The notes under the pieces were generated by a model. That model was given only the letters and a program-made list of their open reading frames with translations. It was not told the origin of the DNA and ran no database searches. Below, one piece after another: positions 12,625 through 24,692 of a stretch of DNA of 64,000 bases. The first letter of the stretch is position 1. Each line of letters begins with the position of its first letter. Where the stretch lies: assembly GCA_951406725.2 (NCBI GenBank), contig OX597825.1, positions 38,254,001-38,318,000 of the forward strand, written 5' to 3'. Made by a program: the position numbers and the translations under genes. This DNA is from Octopus vulgaris (Eukaryota).

Positions 12625-13850
12625 TACCCCAAGATGTTTTGTGTGTTAGGTTTTTTTAATCATCACGACAGACTCTTTGATGATGATAGAGCAAAAGTTA
12701 AATTCTCTGACCTTACAACTTAAATACCGCTTTGCATTTCCAATACCATAAACATTCAACCAATCTAAATATATCAGCTTGGTTTTTTAGCAGTAATCCT
12801 AATAATGTAACAAAAAATCTAGTTAAAAACGTTTCGCTTCGGCTCTCTACATTATCCGCTAATGTTAACATTATATGAGGCAGGATATAAGGAGCTAATT
12901 AAATATTATAACCTTCTTGATCCTAGTTTAGCTTCTAATGAGCTGGTTGATAGACGTTATACAACTACTACTAATAATAATACTCATAAATTTTCTTCTA
13001 TATAATTCAGATAATAATTCCTCATACGGAAATAGTAAAAAACCCAACCTTGGTAACTTTTAAAATAAACAGTCTATACTTCCACATTCTTTTTCAGTAA
13101 AAAACAAATTCAGAAACTCCCTATAAGTTGCATGAACCTTCTAAAACGATTTGGTTTGTTATTATTTTGGGAAAACAAATTAAAAGTAACCTTGTTTACA
13201 TATTTCGTGAAGCCAATGAAAGGAACCTCCCCAAAATTTGAGGTTTCACTCTATTCTGAACCTTCATCATATCAGAATCTCTTTCTCCAACACTAATAAT
13301 AATCTCCTACAAATGATCTGGCATAACAACTATATTCTTAACGGTAAAAGGGTTTCGCGTAATAATTATAATACCAGTAATATTAATAATGATAATCACT
13401 TCTTAAATGATAATATCAATTGCAATATTACTTGTAATTATGCTCCGAATAAAACTTGCATTCTCAATGGAAATTTCGAAATTAAAAATGTTTATCAATG
13501 TAAAATTTCTTTAGGAACTAAAATATAATTTTATGTTGCACTGTATTTAAAACAAAAAGCGCTTAATCAATCATATTTCTACATTTATTAATAAACGTAA
13601 TATATATTAATAAACGTATTACTGCAGGTATTCTCAAAGGCATCTCAAAGACTGTACTAAAAAATTTTCTTTGGATTGTGAAGATTTGTCAAGATCAATC
13701 CCTTATGATAAATGCAAATCTTTTTTCCCTCTTTGTACGGACGAACAACGATTTATTATTTTGTCTATGCCCACTTTGGTCAGCAACTATAAAAAGCATA
13801 TCTAACGTTGTTTACATTGGAAAAAATACACTTTCGGCTGTTTCAAATAA
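12625..13850 (+). pseudogene. Penelope-like element ORF remnant: RT thumb, Cys-rich linker, GIY-YIG endonuclease (Neptune-like)
   Basis: Broken reading gives VKFSDLT..YHK..NPNNVTKNLVKNVSLRLSTLSAN, then IWF..FHSILNLHHIRISFSNTNN..HN, then CNYAPNKTCILNGNFEIKNVYQCKIS..FYV..KKRLINHISTF. This matches the PLE pattern FLDV / NHPP / ISxRLS / IWFNPP / CNC-CPLxG / VY-YIG / R-NH. Confidence 0.8.
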
Positions 13851-14146
13851 TATCTTCCCTTTTGCTTAATAATATCTGCAACTTTCACTTTATTCTTTTC
13901 ATCCCATACCTTCCATTCTTTCCTTTATAATTGCTATCCATTTATCATTCACATTCTATTTGCTTATCCCTCCCTTACTCCTTTAATTTTTCTCTCTTCC
14001 CTCTCTTCTTCTCTCGTCCTATGACGTCAAATTTCTTAACTGTATTTAAAAATTACTAGCGTTCCCTATCAACCTTTGTTTTTGAAACATTATATATTAT
14101 ATATTATATTTTCTTACACCTTATTAATGAACACTATTGTTTATAA

Positions 14147-14220
14147 ATCACCCCGATAGGATTGATACATTATTCCACATTATTCTTCCTCCTGGATTAC
14201 GAGACATGTGTCGGTTATAT
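14147..14220 (+). ncRNA. Highly degenerate hammerhead relic in the PLE 3' region (pLTR)
   Basis: AUCACC-CCGAUAG ... GAGA-CAUGUG-UC-GGUUAU: stem I and spacing retained, core mutated. Confidence 0.4.
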
Positions 14221-14401
14221 GGTGATATAAACGATTTAAATAACATTTTGTGCGTTTTTCTGCATTTTCCATTTCTCTTATGTTTTCCAAAACGTCTCAC
14301 TTCTGAGAATTATGCCTCATGCAAGTGTATTGTTAATTTCCTATGAGACATTTAGCTACTCTGGTAACTATGTACCTCTGGATCTTTCCTTGTAAATTGA
14401 A

Positions 14402-14445
<44 letters not shown>

Positions 14446-15224
14446 CAATAAAATGTTCTTAGTACAGTACTATATATGTTTGAAAGAATGAGTAGAGGTG
14501 TCTTATCTGTTGGTGTAATTTCTACTTTATATTAATATTTACATTGATATTAATATTTACAATTAATTATTTTGATATGGGTTTCAAGCTTCATGTAGCC
14601 ATTTTCAGACTGAAAATGTATGATTTACTGGTTGCTTAAATAGCAAAGAAAAAAAATAATAATATAAAAAAATATGAAAATATATAAAAATAGAATAAAT
14701 GATATAAAAGATATAAAAATAAAAAATATAAAATATATAATGAATATATAGTATATAAAGAATACGAAAGCATGTGTGAAGAATATGGAGGACGAGGAGG
14801 AGAAGAAGGAGGAGGAGAAGAAGAAGAACCACCACAACAACAAAAGAAAAACAGAGAGAAGGCGAAGAAGGGGAAATAGAAGAGAAAAAGTAAGTGAATT
14901 TATAAAAAAATAAATATATAATTAAAAAATAAAAATAGAAAATAAGATTAGTAGGAATTAAGAACAGTGGGGCGGGGGAGATTTAAATCTATCAAAAATA
15001 ACCAAATGGAAAATTAGGAATGGTCAGTATTGTGTTGGCAAAATCCGACCTGCGTGGTGAGGTCACCGATTCAGTTCTCATAGGCGGGATGGTGCATACA
15101 CAAACACACACACACAAAAACACGCAAACACACACACACACTTCTCACAAACTTTTGTATTCTTTGTATATATATATATATATTCATAAATATATATCAA
15201 AATAAGCTACAAGAATGACTCCAG

Positions 15225-15318
15225 TAATTTGGTACGATCGTTTCGTACTGCATCATTTTATTAAATGTTGTAAGTATTACAACAGTTTTAAAATACTGAG
15301 CACTCATCAGACAATTAT
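15225..15318 (-). ncRNA. Type I hammerhead, left arm of the inverted repeat
   Basis: CUGAUGA (15310-15304), stem II GUGCU..AGUAC, GAAA CGAUCG UA. The first stem I pair is a U-C mismatch. Confidence 0.75.
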
Positions 15319-15593
15319 AGAGGTTTACCATTAATACAAAAATGTTCATATCAAGTGGCAACATTATAGAGAATGTAGATACATAGACAGAGATGTGGAT
15401 TTAAATTTTAAGAACGTTCTTCCCTCTCAGAACCTTACAGTAGTCTGGAACAACTGAATCTTAGTCAGTCAGTTGATGGGCTCCACTACCTCAAATGTTC
15501 TTAAAATTTAAATCCACATCTTTGTCTATGTATCTACCTTCTCTATAATGTTGCCACTTGATATGAAAATTTTTGTATTAATGGAAAACCCCT

Positions 15594-15688
15594 ATAATTG
15601 GCTGATGAGTGCTCAGCATTTTAAAACTGTTGTAATACTTACAACATTTAATAAAATGATGTAGTACGAAACGATCGTACCAAATTAC
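15594..15688 (+). ncRNA. Type I hammerhead ribozyme, core intact, 59-nt stem II
   Basis: Stem I UAAUUGG/CCAA-a-UUA; CUGAUGA 15602-15608; stem II GUGCU/AGUAC, CAUUUUA/UAAAAUG, UGUUGUAA/UUACAACA; GAAA 15668-15671; ACGAUCGU; GUA with cleavage predicted after 15679. Confidence 0.9.
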
Positions 15689-15848
15689 CGGAGTCATTCT
15701 TGTTGCTTATTTTGATTATAATCACCCCACGGATTTTTATGGATAACACCATATAGAATTCTGGTGCATCTAAATTAAGTACCATATTCATTTGAATCTA
15801 AGTTTTTGCTGAACTTATATAAATATATATATATTTGTATATATATAT

Positions 15849-16915
15849 CACTTTCAACCTCCGCAAAAGATCCCAAATTTTGTTTAAGTTGCTTTGCGGG
15901 AAGGACATTTTTAACGAAGTCGCGTCTTGTCATTACCTTCTAAACGCGGAGTAGATAAAACAAAGGACAACTGATGAAGGGAATGAGCTTTATGTTACAT
16001 GTCTCGTTTCTCTTTGTTTTTAGTTGTTCAAAAATCGTTCGTTGTCTATGTTTTGTTTTTTTGTGTTCTCGTTTCTCATTTCGATGCCCTGTACCCATAT
16101 ATGCATGTATATATGCATATATATGTTGGTACGTACATATATGTATGTGTATATGCATATATATTCATACTTATATTATATGATCGAAAGTCACGCATCC
16201 TTTTCCAAGTAAGTTTTATCGTAATAATTACGTCTTTCTGTCTATCAATATCCTTCGTGTCTTTATCGTAATAATTACGTCTTTCTGTCTATCAATATCC
16301 TTCCTTTGTGTATTTCTCTCATACCCTTTCCTTATTCTTCTCCTCTCCCCTTCACCGTTCCCACTCTCTCTCCCTCACTCTTCCTTGACTCTCTCGTTGC
16401 TCACACGTCACCAACAGCCATTCTTTCAATCACTTCATCCCTAAAGACAAGATCTGCCTCTTCTCAAAGCTCGCTTTTCCAGCGTTCACCCTTCACATCG
16501 TCTTGCCTTAACAGCCCTCTCCGTTTGTTTTTACTGTTTCGTTCTCACTGTCCTATTTTTGTTACCACTTTCACCCTTCGCAAAAAGTCCCAAATTTTAT
16601 TTAATTTGCTTTGCGGGAAGGACTCTTTTAACGAAGCTGCGAATTGCCGTTACCTTCGAAAACGCGGAGTAGATAAAACAGGTGACAACTGATGAAGTGA
16701 ATGTTCTTTATGTTGCGTATCTCGTTTCCCTGTTTGTTTGTTTTTTTCGTTGTTCGAAAAAATTTTCCATGTTTTTGTTTTTTATGTTCTCGATTCTCAT
16801 TCTGTCTACGTTTTTTTATATCCTGTACCCATATATGCATGTATATATACATATATATGTAGGTATGTCCATATATGTGTGTATGTATGCATTCATTTTT
16901 ATATTATCTATATTA
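15849..16915 (+). repeat. Two diverged direct repeats of about 330 bp (15849-16180 and 16567-16915) around a pyrimidine-rich spacer
   Basis: cactttca..cgcaaaa..cccaaattt..ctttgcgggaaggac..acgcggagtagataaaaca..gacaactgatgaag..cctgtacccatatatgcatg is present in both. Confidence 0.85.
16215..16303. repeat. Exact 42-bp tandem duplication
   Basis: tttatcgtaataattacgtctttctgtctatcaatatccttc at 16215-16256 and 16262-16303. Confidence 0.95.
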
Positions 16916-17998
16916 TATTATATTGCATTATATATATAAACGTGTATCTCTCTGTGCATGGTCATGAAATGAAATCGTAATAGTTTATATCTATGATGTT
17001 TTCAACTGTTTGATGAGGCTACTGAATTGAAATGTCCTCCTTAAGTTGAGAATTTCGTAAACCTTATAGATATTCTGCCATTCATTTTTGCCGTATTGAA
17101 ACACTATTACAGCTGTAGAGTTAGTGAATAGTATATTCCTAACACATTTAACAATTTTTATTTTAAATTATTACATTTATTACTCAGATGATTGTCTTAT
17201 CGTTATAGAAGAAATAGCAACGTACGAGAATGGTATAGTATAACAGTTTATTCCTGACAGCAACGCAGAATATTATATGAAATTCAGTTATATTGACAGA
17301 GAGTACACAGTAAATTACAATTAGTTTACCTTTGTGTGAGACTGATACGGGCAAAGGGTCCAGCATTATTAATAGCAGTTATTTACATTACAGAAGAATA
17401 ACTGATTCTAATACTATAATTTTGAGATGGACATGAAAGATAAATATTCGGAATAAAGTTTATCGAACAAGTGTTAGTTAGTGCTATTGTATAAAGGTCA
17501 GTGGAAATAAAATGCACGACAGTTTTACTACGTCACTTTATTGTGAGAAAATTAGGTTAAACATTTTCAAAGGATATTCGAAATAGGCTTCATCGAATTT
17601 AAATCGCAAAATGTCGAAAATCATTAATATGTAATTCTATTGAGAGGATCAAGATGGGAATTTCAATACAGAAATACCATAGTCACCAATACTAAGTTTT
17701 CCTCAATGATTTGAATAATAATATTATATAAAGATTTCGTTGTTAATTAGGTAAGCATTACTTATTGAACAAATGCTATTGTACGCTGTCTCTCAGTCCA
17801 TTCACTGCCGTTGTTCAGTCATATCTTTGTTCCATTCCAATATCACATTCATTTCTCTCTCTATCTCCCTCCCTCCCTTCCTCCCTCTATACATGACACT
17901 ATTCGCTAAGGGTAATATGATATGGAGTCGTGTTACATGATGAAACATCTCCTGCTTCTGCCTAGTAGCAATTAATATAAGTGTTTTGCCTTCCTTCG

Positions 17999-18087
<89 letters not shown>

Positions 18088-18089
<2 letters not shown>

Positions 18090-18327
18090 AAGGTTTGGCC
18101 AAAAGTTACCAGACAGTAACTCAAAACCAAAAATTCCAAGATTAAAACAAGAAATCATTTTATGACATTTCGCTGATAAATAGGGAAATGTTGGAAAGAG
18201 AAAACAGTGGCTTGCACTCACAGCATTCAATTATCAAACATTTAAAATTGGAACGAATAAATAAAATTGAATAATAACTACTCATGGAACTTTGATTTAT
18301 TGTCGGTGATATCTGGCCAACCATGTA
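18088..18327. mobile_element. Tc1/mariner-type MITE
   Basis: Imperfect TIRs: ta-aaggtttggccaaaagttaccagaca versus the reverse complement of the right end, ta-catggttggccagatatcaccgaca; TA flanks. Confidence 0.55.
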
Positions 18328-18541
18328 TAAGCGTGTTGCAAATAGACAGATATGTTTGGACTGGTACGTGTGTTTCTATATATTTATGCGTTTCTTTATA
18401 CGTTAGTATATATATATTCTCTTTTAACATTGGTGCGAATGTATTTTTATAAATTAATACATGATTGCCTGTATATATATTTTTATATACTGAAATATAT
18501 GCATGGATGAATACTTTATGCATGAACAGAAATTTCTTTGC

Positions 18542-18577
<36 letters not shown>

Positions 18578-20959
18578 GTATGTGTGTGTGTTTGTGTGCG
18601 TGTATAAAAGCAAAGGTGCTAGAAAGTTTCTATAAGAGATGAATGTAGTAATTATATATGCATATTTATATATATTTCTATTTGTTTGTCTGTCTCTCTC
18701 CATATGTATACATATATACATGTGGGTGTTTGTTTGTGAGCAAGCTTATGTGTCTATACATGAGAATTTACATGCATGTATTTTTTATACATATACACAT
18801 ATATCCATATAAGGACGACTGCCTTGGAGTGGTACACATGGAAAGGTTAAATAGTTTGCATAATTTGTTTCCAATCTGATTAGATAAGTATAAATTATGC
18901 AACCTATTTAACAACGTAAACAGAAGAATTACACTTAAAGAGTTTTATTTCCCCACACTCACATGAGCCATAGTATAGGCAAATGTAAACCCTACCATAA
19001 ACCAATTGCTGACGTCTGACATATTTACTATTCTTTAATCACCCACCTTCAAGCATAAAACGAATTAGTTAATAATATTAACAGCCTCGTTTGTAATCTA
19101 TCTACTGATAAAGGAAGTTTCAAAAAGGCTGTTCCATACTACAACGCCGTATTAGATTGGTCGAACTTTCAGAGTATTGCAGATTACATTGCACCAAATA
19201 TAGATAAACGAAGAAGACGCAGACAGAGAAAAATCCCCCCATATAACATAAGTGTAGCTTGTACCATAGCCAAAAATTTCCTAAAACTAACTCATAGATA
19301 AACACTTCCTTTACTCTCGTAATCAAACAATATCTTCAATATCAAAACGGGTAAAGTTAGCTAGTGTTGCCTCCCTAATATAGGATTAATTGTATTCAAG
19401 CAAAATAAAAATAACATGATTAGAAATATCCGCTACAGTTCTTGTAATTTTAGATCTCCATACTATTGTCCTCTGTACAATAGCTGCCTAAGAAAAAATA
19501 TACTTTTCAAGGCCAAATGCGGATTTGAACGGTATTAGTAAAACTTATACTGGAACAAAAATGAATGTTTTAAATATTAGTGAAGAAACATTATCAATGT
19601 GCATACATAACAATTCATACTTCTAAAGTTGAATCATGGCCGTCCTTTGCCACCCCTTCAACTTGACAAATGTGTTCTCGAAATCTCAACAGTATGCAAT
19701 ATGTGATCATTATGCGTATAAGACACACGCCCCCATAAACTTAAGCTGAACTCCCTCCTAATACAAATATATGTGCACTCACACATACACACACAATTAA
19801 ACAAACTAGCACACCACACGTCATACATCGATACTATTTGGACTGAGATCTTATTTAAGATGCCCCTGTTCTTGAATAGAGTGGTAACATTGACGTTACG
19901 CGAACTAGTAGCACCACTTTTCTTTAGATGAGGAATTTGTTGAGTATACAAGCCAATTGTCTAATTATTTCTCTGAAATCCGCGAAAATCCTGTTCACAC
20001 GTATGAATAGAAGCCCATATGTATCAAAAATTCTTTAAGGCTGTTGAATATTTTGACAGTCTTTTGAAAATTAGGTTAATGTACCCACTTCATGTATCTA
20101 CTATAGGATACACAAACATTATTGATGACATATGTGTGTTGTTTAAAACTATTAAGGCTTCGGTATCTCGTCCTAGGAAATTTCGCTTTGAGACCCAGTG
20201 TGTTAAAAAGATACTGTGTACCTTGAACTATGGGAAACACATCGTCCCGTAGGACATTGTTATAAACTATTCATCAAGCTACTAAAGTCAATAAACAAGA
20301 ACGTGTTCAGATACTGCCATTCGATTATTATCTGTATCTAGTCGATCTTAGCTTACGAGGTTTGGAAAACCTATCTGAGTAAATTGCCTGTGGTAACATC
20401 AAATAAAATAGCTTTTTCGAGGTAAGACATCCTTGTACAATTTACGTTAATATACAACTAACTTAATCAGAAAGTATTACACGAAGTAAATGATGTTAGA
20501 CGCCGCTAGGTCATTGCATTCTTCCTTGAGATAAAATACCGAACCACAAATCAGGTATTCATTGTGATATCAATTGTATTTTGCTCTTCCCGATCAATAG
20601 CTACCAAATTCTCAGATGGTAATACTACACCAATGCTAAAAATTCGCAAAGTATCTATTTTAGTATCGCTGAAACCTTATGTAAACATATCACTTCTGTT
20701 TCACATTCACTGTATTAAAAATATCATGGATCTTATCATTTCATCGCATATATAAGATGTCATTGTGCCATGAATTGTAGATTCCCGGCAAAACATTTCA
20801 CTTCTACTAAAGATTGTATAATATACATTATATTGAAATATCATAATAATATCAAATATATTTCGTTATGCGTAGGTATAAAATATTCGATAAAATATTC
20901 GATACTCATAGAATGCAGTTTTTCAGAAGGAACTCACATTCAGAATGCATTAATATAGA

Positions 20960-21600
20960 ATTTGATGCAACCCTATATGTCAGGTTACGTTTAGATTACA
21001 TGTCACAAATAACCCCCACAATCGCACCTACGTATAACATGGAAGAACAGCGTGTAAATTTAGCAGGGGTACAATTTAGTGTGACTCATTACCAAAGGTA
21101 ATAACTGGATCATTATATTTTAAAGATACCGGGTCTTTTACTATTTGAAATTCAATAGTTATTGAAGAGTATTTGGAGATGAGTTTTATTTCCAGCAAGA
21201 CGAGGAAAACTCAGATTAACATAATAATGGAAGGGCAGGACCTGTCCATTACAAGATTTCACCAAACAGTTGGATTAGATGAAGAGGTGTAGTAGAATAC
21301 ACCCCCAGTTGTATGAACTTTTGATGAGTCTACATAGAAAATAATACTTACAATGAAATAAACGTCAACAGTCGAGACACTGGGGGTAGCCATTGATCAA
21401 GAATTTGCATAAATACGGAACAACATCTTTAGTCGTCGGGTTTCCATTATTTTGTGTTATCAGCAGGGCCAGAACAAGAACGGTCAGTTTGAAAATAAAT
21501 ATTCTTAAATAAAATTACATTCTGTCTGTAAATTTTGAATATGAAATGTATTTCAATAACCACGGATATTATAATCTTTCAATTTGCATACATTTTCTGG
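20960..21600 (+). pseudogene. Old Tc1/mariner-superfamily transposase fragment
   Basis: Broken motifs VNLAGV, FYFQQDE, and WIR*RGVVEYTP, resembling VNLPGV, FYFQQDGAP and WIGRRG..EYPPRSPD. Confidence 0.5.
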
Positions 21601-22488
21601 TACTTTATGTAAAAATAAATATATATACATGTGCGCGTGGGTTTGTGGAGTATGAGTGTATGTATATGTGTTTGTTTAAGTTTACGTGTGAATGTGTATA
21701 TGTGTCTGACAAGAACTAAAGCTTGTGAATTGCTACTAAATTCAAAATCAACAATGTGAGAACGTCTTTGAAAATCTATGAGTATAAATGGATCGTAATA
21801 TATTTGTATAGTTTTAATAATAAATCAATAAGTTGATTTGAACTCATATGAACATTTTAAGGTATAAGAAAATATAAACTAACGGAAGCGGGGAAGACGT
21901 AATCTGTGCACAAAGTTATTTTAGGCATTGTATATCGAGGACAAAAAAGAAAGACAACCTGGGTGATAGTAAGGAATGTTTTGCGCAAACCATAGATAAC
22001 TTGCTTCAACCTACAGCATTGCAATACTAAAGTTTAGCAAGGTAGTGGTGTCATGAAAGTGCAGCATAAAATATGTGTGTGGTATAAATGCAGTATAATA
22101 TAATGAACATGTTCCTAAAACGCACAGTTTATAATTACAAAATAAAAGGGCAATATTTCGCAGTTAATGACCAATTTAGTACATCTTTTACAACGATAAT
22201 ATTTATAAGGATCGTTATATCATTGCAGAATATATTTTACAATAATTTATTCCGAATCTGCTTAAAATAATTAACTAAATTGAAATCAATGTGGCTTGCA
22301 AGATTAATATCATTCATATAATGTTGTTCACGGCGACCAAACTCATGAGAGAACATATAAAATATGGTTTTGTTTTGAATTTCTTCATTTTGCATGAACA
22401 CTGCTGATATCAAGGTAGAATCGGCACTATACACCAGACTATTCACAAATGGCGTATAACAGTTTTCAAATACAATTGAAGAGGAAGA

Positions 22489-22674
22489 TACTATAATTTA
22501 ACGTGTAAAATAAACCCTTTTTGTTTGTCAAAAATTAGGCTAAAGTAATAGTGGAGCTTCTTATACAGAGATAGTATTATAAACCCTTACAAAATCTTTC
22601 TTCCAAATTCTAAACCCAAGAATCTCCGGGGTTCATTATACAGGAGGGTTCCTTATACACGTTAAAATACAGTA
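22489..22674. mobile_element. Tc2/pogo-like MITE
   Basis: 30-bp imperfect TIRs tactataatttaacgtgtaaaataaaccct versus tactgtattttaacgtgtataaggaaccct (reverse complement); TA ends; three internal ..ttataca direct motifs. Confidence 0.7.
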
Positions 22675-23039
22675 TTTTAGGATAGCAATTGTGGACACTG
22701 AAACAAAATTTTTTTCTGAATTAAGTTCATTTAGTTACAGATCTATGCAAATATTTATTTAATGACTTCAAATATCCGAATATAGCCTGATCAAGTAATA
22801 AAGTTTTTGACAAGAAAGTAAACTATGTAACAGACCATTTAAAATTCTCGGGTCTGGCTTCTAAGGGACTTGCATCTAGCTGGAGTTTGCCAGTAATAAA
22901 CAGAGTTGCAATTTTGTGTAAAATCTTGCTTTCATCGGAAAATGATAAATGTTAATGATAACCCCAGTTTTTACACCTATAAAAGAATACTGGATGACAA
23001 TGGCATTGAAGGAATATACCATTAACATTTATCGATCCA

Positions 23040-23760
23040 TAACTTGGCTACCTTAGGTTGCCTCGTCTTGCAATCTCTAAGTAGAGTTTTGTCCGCCAGG
23101 AATTGAGCCTTCGTTCCTCTGCACATACGCTTGCAACCCTTCAGCTCATATCACAGGACTCCATTTTTTCCAGATGTCGTACAGTGGCTCAGCGACTACT
23201 CAAGTCAATAATTTCTACTTAAGTGGCAAGTAGGACATATACCTGTAATTGTCTACCGTATTGCATTTTTCGATGATTTTCAGGCACTGTCCTACTCATT
23301 GTCAACCACTCTGGTGTTACTTGGTCGGCATTTATAAAGGTGTTGATTTGTGCAGCTATTCGTGCATGACATTCATGAAATCTTTTGATCCAGTAGCCTT
23401 CAACTCCATCTGATCGCCTGGCCATCCAGATACCAATTTTTAGCTGATTTCCTTCATTTCCCTAACTGAAATCATTATTTCTGCCTGTTTTGGACAGACT
23501 GCTGTTTGCTTCAGTTCTTGCAAACATTCAGTATAATTTTTGATCTCTTTGTCTTCAATCCAGATATCACTCCAAAACATTTGACTTTCAATGTTATCTT
23601 GTATCTACTTTTCATCTGTACACTTTCCATTAAATTTTTTGTAGAATCTCTTCTAATCAACTCTGGATAACCTATTCTGCTGGTATCCTTACGACCTTTG
23701 CTTTCTTTGCAACGAGAGGCTGTTTCAGTTCCTCCATTACCACTTTCAGGCCTTAGGAAG
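23040..23760 (-). pseudogene. Non-LTR retrotransposon RT N-terminal fragment (R4/Dong-like)
   Basis: ORF 23219-23425 DGVEGYWIKRFHECHARIAAQIN..TPEWLTMSRTV, then frameshifted NYR..SCLPLK, matches RT motifs 0-2 of RLE-type LINEs. Confidence 0.75.
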
Positions 23761-23846
23761 TCTTCTACTTTTTCTTCTTCTTCTTTTTGTTCTTGTTATT
23801 TTTGTTGTCGTTGTTGTTGTTCTTCTTCTTTTTCTTCTTCTTCTTC

Positions 23847-24120
<274 letters not shown>

Positions 24121-24602
24121 GAGTGAGAGAGCAGTTCATGCCATGAAAGTGACACTGGGGTAAAATATACGAAGCCCAATATACCCATCATGACTACCCG
24201 TCAGATAAAGGTACACCAGGCACATGCATCACAACCATATGTGCGCGACATGGTGATCTCATATCAAGATAAACAGCACATGACCTTGCAGGTGGGGCCC
24301 AGTTAGAATTTTCTTCAGGTTGAGTAGCCCGTCCCGCTCAAACGGTCCCTGAATAAGGGTTGTTTAAGGATGTTGAAAGAACCACCCATGTTTCCAGAGG
24401 TGAAATATTCAAACCCCAAAGAATCCCTCTCAACACATGGATATGTTGCTCCCCCACTACTTCTGCTCGTGATCAGAGATGCACATATCGTCAGCCACTA
24501 AGGGACATGCTCAACTGGTTAGGGTCAAACAACTGACAAGCAAATCTGTGGTATTGAGCAGAATATTTGCTGTAGTCCATCTTTTATACCAAGACAAAAC
24601 AA

Positions 24603-24604
<2 letters not shown>
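24121..24604. mobile_element. About 480-bp non-coding interspersed element embedded in (TTA)n
   Basis: Higher-GC block flanked on both sides by (TTA)n (23848-24120 and 24605-24690), no ORF. Element status is inferred from context. Confidence 0.55.

Positions 24605-24692
<88 letters not shown>

Larger units (their letters stand above)
15196..15716. repeat. Long inverted repeat, 223-bp arms (15196-15418 and 15494-15716), 75-nt spacer; family A element extends to about 15799
   Basis: Arms are reverse complements with scattered substitutions (over 90% by eye). Confidence 0.95.
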
